Assembly: GCA_948433085.1 (NCBI GenBank)
Contig: CAOJDP010000003.1
Coordinates: 5,787 to 69,786 of the forward strand
DNA length: 64,000 bases
DNA from: an uncultured Bacillales bacterium
Lineage (GTDB): Bacteria > Bacillota_I > Bacilli_A > RF39 > UBA660
Reading direction: 5' to 3'
Made by a program: the position numbers and the translations under genes. Below the pieces are notes generated by a model. The model saw only the letters and a list, made by a program, of their open reading frames with translations. It ran no database searches and was not told the origin of the DNA. Shown here piece after piece: positions 37,067-46,481 of the stretch. Numbering within the stretch: position 1 is the first letter of the stretch; each line of letters opens with the position of its first letter.

Positions 37067-37792
37067 ATGAAAAACCAAAGTATATTAGAAAAAAAGAGAA
37101 CAGTTTTTGAGTTACTTGCTGAAATTTGTTATAATCCTGAAAATATTTCAAGTGATTCCTTATATCAGGTTGCACTTTATCTTTATCAAAATGCATCGTT
37201 GGGGCCCAAAGGAACGAAAAAAGTATCTGATTATTTAGTGACATTATATGATTTGAAAGATGCAGAGCATACTAATTTATATGCGTTATGTCAACAGGAA
37301 AAAACGAGGTCAATTTTATCAAAAATATATAAAAGCTTTGATCATAAACCAATGAAACAATTTGTAAAAGAGAATGCAATTCAAGTATTACAAAGTGCAT
37401 CAAGGGTAATGACAGAAGGAAAGATAGTTGATAGTTTTTATAAGGATTTGTTTTATCATACTTTTTATGAATTATGTAAAATTTGTAAACAAGATATAGA
37501 AAATGGTAGAATGTATTTACAAGCGAGAAATTTAGTTGAACTTTTAAAGAAAAATCAGCAATGTCAAGAAGAGATTTGTAATCAATTGATGACTGCGAAA
37601 GCAAGACTAGAAGTACTTGTTCATACATCGAAAAATCTTGTTTATTTGAAAAAAATTGCTCATTATATTGTTGCATTAGAACATGCACAAGAGACGCAAA
37701 ATTATACACAAATGCAAGAAGAAACAAGATATGCAAATGCGATATTTTATCAAGCAACAAGAAGTAGTTACTATAAAAAGAGAAACCAATAG
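37067..37792 (+). CDS. Hypothetical all-helical cytoplasmic protein
   Basis: 241 aa ORF with AAGGGGTGA RBS. No recognisable motif. The antisense ORF 37272-37853 is judged spurious. Confidence 0.45.
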   Translation: MKNQSILEKKRTVFELLAEICYNPENISSDSLYQVALYLYQNASLGPKGTKKVSDYLVTLYDLKDAEHTNLYALCQQEKTRSILSKIYKSFDHKPMKQFVKENAIQVLQSASRVMTEGKIVDSFYKDLFYHTFYELCKICKQDIENGRMYLQARNLVELLKKNQQCQEEICNQLMTAKARLEVLVHTSKNLVYLKKIAHYIVALEHAQETQNYTQMQEETRYANAIFYQATRSSYYKKRNQ

Positions 37793-37833
37793 ATAGTTCT
37801 CTTTTTTCTTTTGTTTTCATATACTTCAAATAG

Positions 37834-38082
37834 GTGATGTACATGCAGGTCATAAAGAATATCAGAAGTTATCTATTAGAAGATGAATTTCAAATTCGTA
37901 TTTTGGATGGTAGAGTAAATGTTGTAAATTATGATAGCATAGGTCAAATTGATGATCATAAAGTGGTCTTAAAGCACGAAAGTGAAAGTGTGGTTATTAC
38001 TGGAAATCACCTTGTTGTATCGAGATTAATGATAGATGAAATATTAGTAACTGGAGAAATCAAAAATATAGAACTCAGGTGA
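37834..38082 (+). CDS. yqfC: Sporulation protein YqfC-like
   Basis: 82 aa. The pattern ...ILDGRVNVVNY...VVITGNHLVVSRLMIDEILVTGEIKNIEL resembles YqfC. It is immediately upstream of yqfD. Confidence 0.6.
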   Translation: MMYMQVIKNIRSYLLEDEFQIRILDGRVNVVNYDSIGQIDDHKVVLKHESESVVITGNHLVVSRLMIDEILVTGEIKNIELR

Positions 38083-38086
38083 AACT

Positions 38087-39265
38087 ATGAAAAATGCAAT
38101 TTTTAGTAAATTAACAAGTAAAATACGAATTTGTGTCAAGGGCAAAAATATAGAGCGATTCATAAAAAGACTCGCTAGTAAAAATATAGAATTGTATGAA
38201 ATTGAAAGGATTACTTATAACGAAATAAATCTTGTGATTTTAAAATCCGATTATTCTACTGTGGAAGAGATTAAAACAATTTATGATATTTCTGTGAAAG
38301 AAGTGTATGGATTCGAGAGATTAAAACAGTTGTTAGCAAAAAATAAATATATGATAGTTGCTTTTTGTATTGGTCTTGTCTTTTTATATGTACTTACACA
38401 TACAACATTTGAAATAGAAGTTATTCATAACAAAAAAGAGCTTAGAACACTTTTGCAAGAAGAACTTGCAAAAAATGGAATTTCCAAATGGAAACCAATT
38501 CGTTCTTATGAACAAATTCAAAATATCAAAAAAAATATTTTAGAGAAATATAAAGATAAAATAGAATGGTTAGAAATTGAAACGGTTGGTACAAAGTATA
38601 TCGTGAGGGTGGAAGAGCGTATTTTGAATGAAAATCCGCAAGCCTCATCCATACAAGATATCGTAGCTAAAAAGCCAGCTATTCTTCTTAAAATAGAGGC
38701 AGAAAATGGGGAAATTGTAAAAAATATAAATGATTATGTGAAAACAGGGGATACTGTGATTAGTGGGAATATCAAATTGAATGAGGAAGTGAAACAACAA
38801 ATTCCTGCAATTGGAAAGATCTATGGGGAGGTATGGTATAAAGCAACGGTAGAATATCCTTTTACCTATTATGAAGAAAAAGAGACAGGAAAAAAACATA
38901 CTGTATATACATATCAACTGTTTCATAAACGAATTGAATTATTTAATTTTCATGCATATAAAGATAAAAAGATAGAATCAAAAACGTTATGGAAAAGTAA
39001 TCTGCTTCCATTTTCTCTTGTGAAAGAAAATCAAAAAGAACTTGAAATTATTGATGAACAATATACGCAAGAAGAAGCAATTCAAAAAGCCACAGAACTG
39101 GCTACAAAAAAAATAGAAGCACAATTATCTGAAAAAGAAGAAATAATTCGAGTACAACAATTGAAAGTTAATACAAATGAGCGTACAATAGTAGTAGAAT
39201 TGTTTTTTGCAGTAATGGAAGATATTACAGATACAAAACCAATCGAACCCATTACACAAGAGTAG
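38087..39265 (+). CDS. yqfD: Putative stage IV sporulation protein YqfD-like
   Basis: 392 aa with an N-terminal soluble domain, a central TM segment (YMIVAFCIGLVFLYVLT) and typical YqfD length. Synteny with yqfC. Confidence 0.65.
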   Translation: MKNAIFSKLTSKIRICVKGKNIERFIKRLASKNIELYEIERITYNEINLVILKSDYSTVEEIKTIYDISVKEVYGFERLKQLLAKNKYMIVAFCIGLVFLYVLTHTTFEIEVIHNKKELRTLLQEELAKNGISKWKPIRSYEQIQNIKKNILEKYKDKIEWLEIETVGTKYIVRVEERILNENPQASSIQDIVAKKPAILLKIEAENGEIVKNINDYVKTGDTVISGNIKLNEEVKQQIPAIGKIYGEVWYKATVEYPFTYYEEKETGKKHTVYTYQLFHKRIELFNFHAYKDKKIESKTLWKSNLLPFSLVKENQKELEIIDEQYTQEEAIQKATELATKKIEAQLSEKEEIIRVQQLKVNTNERTIVVELFFAVMEDITDTKPIEPITQE

Positions 39266-39273
39266 GTGAATTT

Positions 39274-39894
39274 ATGTTTGATTTAACAGTATTTAATATT
39301 TTAAAAAATATATGGCCTATGATTCTAATTTTTACAGTAATTTTATCTTCTATTCGTATTGTGTATTTGTTGATGCATGAAGAAAAATTTGTATTTTATA
39401 AAGAATTGATGACTTTGGGATTTGTCATCTATGTAATGTGTTTATTTCATGTGGTTACATTTCAAGATGTTAGTTGGTCCAGTTCTAACTTTATTCCTTT
39501 TCAAGAAATGTTTCGATATCGTATTTTTAGCGAAATGTTTTTTAGAAATGTAGTTGGAAATATGATTATGTTTATGCCTTATGGATTTTTTATTTCTTAT
39601 TTTTTAAAACTTAAGCAAAAAAGTATTATATTGGGACTTAGTTTATTGGTTTCTTGTACTATTGAAAGTACGCAATATTTAATTGGACGAGTATTTGATG
39701 TGGATGATATTCTTTTAAATATATTAGGCGGTTTATTAGGATATGGTGTGTATCGATTGGTAGAGTATATTCAAGCACGTCTACCTTTATTTTTAAAAAA
39801 TCAGTTTTTTTATAATACTATAGCTATTTTTGTAATTGTGTTTATATTAATTTATCTTTATAAAGTATTAGGAGTTGGATTTTATAATGTTTGA
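39274..39894 (+). CDS. VanZ-like family membrane protein
   Basis: PYGFFISYFL...STQYLIGRVFDVDDILLNILGGLLGY is characteristic of VanZ-like proteins. Confidence 0.65.
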   Translation: MFDLTVFNILKNIWPMILIFTVILSSIRIVYLLMHEEKFVFYKELMTLGFVIYVMCLFHVVTFQDVSWSSSNFIPFQEMFRYRIFSEMFFRNVVGNMIMFMPYGFFISYFLKLKQKSIILGLSLLVSCTIESTQYLIGRVFDVDDILLNILGGLLGYGVYRLVEYIQARLPLFLKNQFFYNTIAIFVIVFILIYLYKVLGVGFYNV

Positions 39895-40327
39895 AATTGT
39901 GAATGAAACAAAAGCGTTGATAGAAGAAATAGAAGATATAAGGCATACGTTAGAATGTGCAATTGAACATCAGTGTGCAAAGAATGTAGAATTTAATGTA
40001 ATTATTGTGAATAATTCTTATATTCAATATTTAAATAAAGAATATCGGGGTATTGATAGAGTCACTGATGTGATTAGCTTTGCATTAGAAGATACAAAGG
40101 ATATCGTATATGATAATTATCGTTTACTAGGTGATATTTATATTTCTCTAGATCAAGCAAGGGAACAAGCAAATACTTATCAACACAGTTTAAAACGAGA
40201 ACTTTGTTTTCTTTCTGTGCATGGTTTTTTACATTTACTTGGCTATGACCATATGAAAGAAGACGATGAGAAAGTCATGTTTGCACTGCAGGAGGTTATT
40301 TTAAATGAAGCAAATATTACGCAATAA
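39887..40327 (+). CDS. ybeY: rRNA maturation endoribonuclease YbeY
   Basis: Metal-binding HGFLHLLGYDH motif. GGAGTTGGA RBS before ATG 39887; the track ORF begins at TTG 39875. Confidence 0.9.
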   Translation: MFEIVNETKALIEEIEDIRHTLECAIEHQCAKNVEFNVIIVNNSYIQYLNKEYRGIDRVTDVISFALEDTKDIVYDNYRLLGDIYISLDQAREQANTYQHSLKRELCFLSVHGFLHLLGYDHMKEDDEKVMFALQEVILNEANITQ

Positions 40328-40703
40328 AGATACAGGTAATTTTTTGATAAGGTATTGGAAAAGTTTTCTTCATGCCTTAGATGGGTTAAGGTATGCTTTT
40401 AAATATGAGCATAATATGTATATTATTGCTTTAGCGATATTTGTTGTTGTTTTTTGTGGTTGTTATTTTAAAATTACTTTAATAGAATGGCTATTTTGTG
40501 TGTTTTCAATGGGAATTGTCATGATAGTAGAACTTATTAATTCTGCATTAGAAGCTGTTTGTGATTTGGTTACATTAAAAGAAAATGTTCTTGTCAAAAT
40601 AGCAAAAGATACTGCATCTTCCGCTTCTCTCATTTGTTGTATTACTGCAGCTATCGTTGGTCTTTCTATTTTTGTACCTAAAATTTTTGTTATATTTGAA
40701 TAA
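40305..40703 (+). CDS. dgkA: Diacylglycerol kinase / undecaprenol kinase family membrane protein
   Basis: 132 aa, three TM helices, and the conserved ELINSALEAVCD region of prokaryotic DAGK. Confidence 0.8.
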   Translation: MKQILRNKDTGNFLIRYWKSFLHALDGLRYAFKYEHNMYIIALAIFVVVFCGCYFKITLIEWLFCVFSMGIVMIVELINSALEAVCDLVTLKENVLVKIAKDTASSASLICCITAAIVGLSIFVPKIFVIFE

Positions 40704-40879
40704 TGTTGTAAAATAAATTTAATATATGTTTTTTAAAATATTACTATTGTTTTTTACAGAAAATAAAAATTGATTAAAAATTTTTATTTTTTTTGTATAT
40801 AATTTCTTTCATATTTTGTAAATGTATGATTTGCATGCAAAAGCAAAGAATGATAAACTTCGCATAGAAGGAGGAAGTG

Positions 40880-41788
40880 ATGATAAAAAATATAAGAATG
40901 GATGTACTTCCAAAAGGTAAAATTATTCCACCAATTTATGATTTTATGTTTACTACTATATTTAATAAGGAAGAAAATATTGTAATATTAGAAAATTTTT
41001 TATCCCTTTATTTAAAAATGCCGTTAGAAAGCATGAAAGGAAATGTGAAGATTCGGTCAAGAAATTTAATGCTTGAAAATAAACATGCTGCAAATAAACA
41101 AGTTGATTTACTATTACAGTTAGAGAATGGTAAAATCAATATAGAAGTATCTACTGGAATATCTAGTGGTATTATTAATCGAAATTTGGTATTTATATGT
41201 AATGCACATTCTACTAGTTATCAGTATGGAGATAGTGATTATACTAAATTAGGCTCTACAATTCAGATTAATTTAGTGTATGATAAGCAACATTTCGTAG
41301 GAAAAAAATTTAGAGAAGAATATTATATGCGTGATGAACAAGGAAATATACTGACTAAAAATTTGAGAATTGATTATGTAAATATAGCAAGATTAAAAGA
41401 ATCGTGTTATACTAATAGTATAGACGAGATAGAAAATTTTTGTAGGGCATTAGTTACAACAAATGAAGAGGAATTTAAAAGGTGGATGGGTGGAATGAAT
41501 ATGGAATGGGAAGCAAAGGAAAAAATGGAAGAGGAGGTATTGAAGTACAGTAATGATCAAGAGGTAATTGCAATTTATTCCAAGTATACGAAAAAGGAGT
41601 TAGAAAGAAATACACTGTTACATGATTGGAAAGAAGAAGTGTTCAAAAATGGAATCGAACAGGGCATTGAGTATAATGTACCCTATAATGTACCCATAAG
41701 TATGGACAATTATAGAAGGGAATCAAAAAAGGAATCCAAAAGGGAATGCGTCAAAAAAGTATTGAAATTGCAAAAAAATGTTGCATGA
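40880..41788 (+). CDS. Second Rpn/YhgA-like PD-(D/E)XK nuclease paralog
   Basis: The core DLLLQLENGKINIEVSTG parallels DLLVKTENKYIHVELNQ of the 9306 gene. It has a Lys/Glu-rich C-terminal tail. GAAGGAGGA RBS. It sits between dgkA and cdd. Confidence 0.65.
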   Translation: MIKNIRMDVLPKGKIIPPIYDFMFTTIFNKEENIVILENFLSLYLKMPLESMKGNVKIRSRNLMLENKHAANKQVDLLLQLENGKINIEVSTGISSGIINRNLVFICNAHSTSYQYGDSDYTKLGSTIQINLVYDKQHFVGKKFREEYYMRDEQGNILTKNLRIDYVNIARLKESCYTNSIDEIENFCRALVTTNEEEFKRWMGGMNMEWEAKEKMEEEVLKYSNDQEVIAIYSKYTKKELERNTLLHDWKEEVFKNGIEQGIEYNVPYNVPISMDNYRRESKKESKRECVKKVLKLQKNVA

Positions 41789-41947
41789 ACATATAGAAAT
41801 ATTTATGATTATGAAGATAACAGGGCTATCAAAGCAAGAAATAGTAGAACTAGAATAAAAAAATTTTTATAAAATATGTGATTAGAGTTATATGCTGAAA
41901 AAATATAGAAAGTGTATTTGTGTTTACATTGTGGGCTATAGAAGCGT

Positions 41948-41976
41948 TTGACTTTCATTCTAAAAAAAGGTAAAAT
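41948..41976 (+). promoter_or_regulatory. Sigma-A-like promoter for cdd-era
   Basis: TTGACT (41948-41953), 17 nt spacer, TAAAAT (41971-41976). Confidence 0.45.
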
Positions 41977-41997
41977 GAAATCATATGGAGGGATTCA

Positions 41998-42384
41998 ATG
42001 AAAGAACAATTAGAGCAATTAATTCAAAATGCATCGACACCTTATTATCATTTTCCAGTTGCTTGCATTGTAGAATGTAGGGATGGGAATACATTTCATG
42101 GTGTTAATGTAGAAACTTCGTCTCCAGCATCAGGAAGTTGTGCAGAACGGGTTGCTTTATTTTCAGCTATAGCAGCTGGATATCACAAAGGAGATTTTAA
42201 AACTTTATATATTTATAATACAACAGAAAAATCTGTTTTTCCATGTTTTATTTGTAGACAGACATTAATGGATTATTGTGATTTAGACACAAAAATTATT
42301 TCCTATAATAGCTTAGGAGAAGTAATAGAGGTTACAGTGAAAGATTTATGTCCTTATCCATTTGATCAAGAGGATCTTAAATGA
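41998..42384 (+). CDS. cdd: Cytidine deaminase
   Basis: Zinc ligands in CAERVALFSA and PCFICRQ; 128 aa. Confidence 0.9.
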   Translation: MKEQLEQLIQNASTPYYHFPVACIVECRDGNTFHGVNVETSSPASGSCAERVALFSAIAAGYHKGDFKTLYIYNTTEKSVFPCFICRQTLMDYCDLDTKIISYNSLGEVIEVTVKDLCPYPFDQEDLK

Positions 42385-43265
42385 AAAGTGGTTTTGTTAG
42401 TTTAGTTGGGAGACCTAATGTAGGAAAATCGACGTTACTCAATCAGATTATTGGGAAAAAAGTTGCAATTACATCAAATAAACCGCAAACAACAAGAAAT
42501 ATGATTCAGGGGATTTATAACGAAGAGGGATTCCAAATAGTTTTTGTAGATACACCTGGAATTCATAAACCATCTCATAAACTGGGTAATTATTTAAATC
42601 GACAAGCTTATTATAGTATCAATGATGTTGATATAATTTTGTTTTTGGTGGACGCGAGTGAAACGTTAGGTGGTGGGGATCAGTATATTATCAAAAAATT
42701 AAAGGAAATAGAAAAACCAGTTATCTTAGTAATGAATAAGATTGATAAATTTTCAAAAGAAGCTTTATTAGAAAAAATGAATAAATATAAAGATTTGTAT
42801 CCTTTTCATGAGATTGTCCCAGTATCTGCTCTGAAAAATGATAATGTCAAAACTTTAATATCCGTAATTAAAAATTATCTTCCAGATAGTATTGCATATT
42901 ATGATTCTAATCAAATTACGAATAAACCTTATGAATTTACCATCGCAGAAATTGTAAGGGAAAAAGTGTTTGAATTAACAGAACAGGAAGTACCACATTC
43001 ACTGACTTGTGTGGTGGAATCTATAGAACAAAGAAAAGAAAGTTATCACATCCATGTTGCAATTATAGTAGATAGGGAGTCGTTAAAAAAAATTATAATT
43101 GGTTCTCGTGGCAATAAGATTAAAGAAATTGGAATACGTGCACGAAAAGAGCTGGAAACTTTGTTAAATAAAAAAGTTTATTTAGAGACTTTTGTAAAAA
43201 CAATTCCAAAGTGGAGAGATAAGGAAAAGTATCTAATGGAATTTGGGTTTCGGGATTTTGAATAA
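42381..43265 (+). CDS. era: GTPase Era
   Basis: G1 GRPNVGKSTLLN, G3 DTPG, G4 NKID, and a C-terminal KH domain. Overlaps cdd by 4 nt. Confidence 0.95.
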   Translation: MKSGFVSLVGRPNVGKSTLLNQIIGKKVAITSNKPQTTRNMIQGIYNEEGFQIVFVDTPGIHKPSHKLGNYLNRQAYYSINDVDIILFLVDASETLGGGDQYIIKKLKEIEKPVILVMNKIDKFSKEALLEKMNKYKDLYPFHEIVPVSALKNDNVKTLISVIKNYLPDSIAYYDSNQITNKPYEFTIAEIVREKVFELTEQEVPHSLTCVVESIEQRKESYHIHVAIIVDRESLKKIIIGSRGNKIKEIGIRARKELETLLNKKVYLETFVKTIPKWRDKEKYLMEFGFRDFE

Positions 43266-43463
43266 TAACTGTGGTTACAATTTATGATGAAATATGTATT
43301 ATGAGATGACTAGCAAAGTTATAAATTTCTTATCAATTGGGATGTGAAGTTTTACTTGATGGTTAAAAGAACAGATATTACATTGAAGTGTGCAGATTTT
43401 GTAGAACTATTTTTTGTATAAAAAAGAAAGAAACTTCTTATGATAAAATAGGAAGGTGAATTT

Positions 43464-43559
43464 ATGAATAAACAATTATTATGGGATTTATTTGAAAATA
43501 CAGGAAAAATTGAATATTATATGAAATATAAAGAAGTAGAAAAACAAGAGAAAAAATAA
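43464..43559 (+). CDS. yqzL: YqzL-family small protein
   Basis: 31 aa (MNKQLLWDLFENTGKIEYYMKYKEVEKQEKK). It has the conserved era-yqzL-recO position and the W..F..TG.I..Y..YKE pattern. GGAAGGTGA RBS. Confidence 0.5.
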   Translation: MNKQLLWDLFENTGKIEYYMKYKEVEKQEKK

Positions 43560-43570
43560 AGGATTACATT

Positions 43571-44311
43571 ATGATAGAGGAAATAGAAGGAATTATAATT
43601 AGTGAAAGAGCTTATAGCGAGACTAGTAAAATTATTTCCATACTTACAAAGAAATATGGAATTGTAAGTTGTCTCGCAAAAGGCGCTAGAACTTTAAAAA
43701 ATGAACTTAGAAATGTAACAACTAAAATGACCTATGGTCTTTTTCATATGCATTATAAGGAAGGAAAATTATCCACTTTAGTGAGTGTTGATATTATAGA
43801 ATCGTTTCGTAATATAAAAAAAGATATTGTTAAAATTAGTTATGCAAGTTTTCTTTTAGAACTTGCGGAGCAAGTGATGAAACAAAATCAAAATGAAGAA
43901 ATTTATGTATTGTTAATTTCTAGTTTGAAAAAAATAGAAATTGGATTTGATCCTTTTGTTATTACTAATATATTAGAATTAAAGTATTTAGAGTATTTGG
44001 GAGTTATGCCAATTATAAATGCATGTAGTATTTGTGGTAAAAAATACTCAATCGCAACACTTTCCGCAGATAAAGGTGGTTATGTATGTAACCATTGTTT
44101 AACAAATGAAAAAATAGTAAGTAATAAAACTATTAAATTGGTTCGTATATTTTATCATGTTAATATTGATAAAATTACCAATTTAGATATTAAAGAGGAT
44201 ATCAAAAAAGAGGTAAATCAATTTTTAGAAAGTTATTATGATAACTATACAGGTTTATATTTAAAAAGCACAACTTTTTTAAAGAATTTAAATAAAACAG
44301 AATTGAAATAG
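43571..44311 (+). CDS. recO: DNA repair protein RecO
   Basis: N-terminal OB-fold region and a C-terminal zinc finger CSICGKK...CNHC. Synteny after era. Confidence 0.85.
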   Translation: MIEEIEGIIISERAYSETSKIISILTKKYGIVSCLAKGARTLKNELRNVTTKMTYGLFHMHYKEGKLSTLVSVDIIESFRNIKKDIVKISYASFLLELAEQVMKQNQNEEIYVLLISSLKKIEIGFDPFVITNILELKYLEYLGVMPIINACSICGKKYSIATLSADKGGYVCNHCLTNEKIVSNKTIKLVRIFYHVNIDKITNLDIKEDIKKEVNQFLESYYDNYTGLYLKSTTFLKNLNKTELK

Positions 44312-44319
44312 GAGGGAAT

Positions 44320-44763
44320 ATGAACACTTATATTTATTTAGTTTGTCCATTTACAACATTAGTAATTTGTCAAATTATAAAATTTATAATAGAAGCCATT
44401 CAAACAAAAAAGTGCAACTGGTCAAGATTATTTAATGGAAGTGGAGGAATGCCAAGTAGTCATGCAACCTTTTCGTCTTCCATTACAATGTTGATTGGCT
44501 ATCAACTAGGCTTTGATAATCCATTGTTTGCTGTTTCATTAGTTTTTATGTTAATTGTTGCTTATGATTCTATGGGATTAAGACTTGAAAGTGAAAAGCA
44601 AGCACAAGCAATTAATATAATGTTTGAGAAATTTGAAAGAGGTAGATGGAAAAAAGGATATCACAAGCTAAAAGAAGAATTAGGGCATCAACCCCTTGAA
44701 GTTTTGATAGGGTTGTTGTTGGGAACAATATCTGCTTTTTTATTTTCAAATTTTATAGGGTAA
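44320..44763 (+). CDS. Divergent PAP2 (YuiD/DUF212) family membrane protein
   Basis: The GSGGMPSSHATFSSS motif is typical of the acid-phosphatase/vanadium-haloperoxidase-related DUF212 family. Confidence 0.7.
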   Translation: MNTYIYLVCPFTTLVICQIIKFIIEAIQTKKCNWSRLFNGSGGMPSSHATFSSSITMLIGYQLGFDNPLFAVSLVFMLIVAYDSMGLRLESEKQAQAINIMFEKFERGRWKKGYHKLKEELGHQPLEVLIGLLLGTISAFLFSNFIG

Positions 44764-45044
44764 ATTGATAGAATGAAATTAAAAAATTTTTAGATGAAAT
44801 TCATGCGCAATAATAGAATTTTAAAATTAAAAAATTATATATAAGGATTTTATAAAATTCAAAATTTATGGAAAAAACTTTTAAAATAGCTTGTCAAAAT
44901 TTGTATTCTATGATACGATTATAACGGTGGAGGAAACTTCACCTATATATGAGTTTTCATATATAATGCAACGTGTAATTTTTTGTTTAATAACTTTAAA
45001 AGCATATGCATGAAACGTTAACGAATGTTTTTGTAAGTTATTGA

Positions 45045-45068
45045 AAAAACCCTTTATGGGTTTTTTCG
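45045..45068. terminator. Rho-independent (bidirectional) terminator in an otherwise gene-free interval
   Basis: AAAAACCC / GGGTTTTT stem with loop TTTAT, flanked by A-run and T-run. Confidence 0.55.
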
Positions 45069-45353
45069 TTTTTAGAAATGTTAATTGAAAATGAAAGTAA
45101 TTGTTCAATTAACTTATTTTTTTGAACAAATTAATGGTTTACTTTAGTGATAAGTGATTGGCTACTTTATTTAGAAGATTTGATAGATTATCTGAATTAT
45201 CAACTAAAAATAGATATTTCATTCAATATGACTTTTATTGATATTGATTGCTTAGATTCATTTTATCAAAAATTGCCGAAATCAAAAATTTAGTATAATT
45301 GACAAATTGTGTATGAAATACTATAATGTAATAGAATAAAGGAAGTGTTGTAT

Positions 45354-46019
45354 ATGACAATAGATAAAAGGTATATTAATCAAATTGAAGTAATGATTAA
45401 TCTATTTACGATTACAAATGGGAAATTAAAAGTTTTACTCTTTAGAAGAGAGGAAGAACCTTTTAAAGGCTATTGGATGTTACCTAGTAATTTACTTATG
45501 GTAAATGAAACTTTAGAGGAGTGTGCAGAAGCAACAATTGATGAATTTACAGGATTAAATGAAATATATTTAGAGCAATGTCATTTATTTAGTAAAGTGG
45601 ATCGATTACCAAATGATCGTATTTTAGCAAGTTCATTTATTGCCTTAGTAGATAGTAAAACACTTGAGTTGAAACAAAAGAAAAGGGCTTTTCATAGCGA
45701 ATGGTTTCCAGTAGATGCTATTCCAAAAACTGTTTATGATTATGCTTCTATTATTGAGAATGCAACACAGTATTTGAGAAATCAGATGTTAAATACTTAT
45801 ACTTTGAAACGTTTATATCCAAGTGATTTTACGTTACCAGAATTGCAAATCCTATGTGAGCAAATTTTAGGAACTGAATTGGACCGAAGAAATTTTAGAA
45901 AAAAACTTTTAAATTTAGATATATTAGAAGATACGAGGGATAAAACCAGTGGGGGGAATGGACGACCAGCTAAGCTTTATCGTTTTAAAGAGAACATTGG
46001 GAATAAATTCTTATTTTAG
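45354..46019 (+). CDS. NrtR-like regulator (degenerate Nudix domain plus C-terminal winged-helix DNA-binding domain)
   Basis: A degenerate Nudix box (LMVNETLEECAEATIDEFTGL lacks the RE..EE core). The C-terminal FTLPELQILCEQILGTELDRRNFRKKLLNLDILEDT...GRPAKLYRF matches the NrtR wHTH. AAGGAAGTG RBS. Confidence 0.45.
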   Translation: MTIDKRYINQIEVMINLFTITNGKLKVLLFRREEEPFKGYWMLPSNLLMVNETLEECAEATIDEFTGLNEIYLEQCHLFSKVDRLPNDRILASSFIALVDSKTLELKQKKRAFHSEWFPVDAIPKTVYDYASIIENATQYLRNQMLNTYTLKRLYPSDFTLPELQILCEQILGTELDRRNFRKKLLNLDILEDTRDKTSGGNGRPAKLYRFKENIGNKFLF

Positions 46020-46028
46020 GGGGAATAT

Positions 46029-46481
46029 ATGAATCATTTTGGTTTTGGGGTTATAGGCTTTTTATTTGTATTATGTTTTTTAGGGATATGCATATACATA
46101 TCTGTATTTCATTTTCAAAAATTGACAGTATCAAATTCCTATTCTAAAAATTCTTATACAGTGTCTAGTGGTGGAATTGGGAAAATGGGCAATGATTATA
46201 GTTATATCGTGCATGATTCAATCCATGAATATCGAGATTTAGAATTTAAATTAGAACAATATGCAAAAGAATATGTAAGTCAAAATTCTATTATAAGTGA
46301 AAATAAAATTATAATTACATTGCAAACAATGCAAGAAAAGAAGATCGTAGGCACTATACGTGATTCTAAACAATCTATATGCAAAGGATATGTAATTTAT
46401 AATTCTGAAAGAAAAACATATATGCCATATTTAAAATGTGGTAGTTATCATAGTATTGATTATCTTGATTATCTGGAATAG
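46029..46481 (+). CDS. Hypothetical membrane-anchored protein
   Basis: One N-terminal TM helix and no recognisable motif. Follows the regulator gene by 9 nt. Confidence 0.4.
   Translation: MNHFGFGVIGFLFVLCFLGICIYISVFHFQKLTVSNSYSKNSYTVSSGGIGKMGNDYSYIVHDSIHEYRDLEFKLEQYAKEYVSQNSIISENKIIITLQTMQEKKIVGTIRDSKQSICKGYVIYNSERKTYMPYLKCGSYHSIDYLDYLE

Noticed and set aside
36939-37853. Minus-strand ORFs 36939-37244 and 37272-37853, opposite the 241-aa + gene
   Set aside because: The + ORF has a strong RBS and balanced composition. The minus ORFs are Leu/Phe/Tyr-rich with no RBS, so the + strand was chosen. Their junk-like composition is the main argument.
38645-38926. 93-aa minus-strand ORF inside yqfD
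   Set aside because: Antisense to a gene with conserved synteny.
44908-45108. 66-aa minus-strand ORF across the orphan promoter/terminator interval
   Set aside because: It spans a strong bidirectional terminator hairpin and has no RBS. The interval is better explained as a small non-coding transcript or leader.
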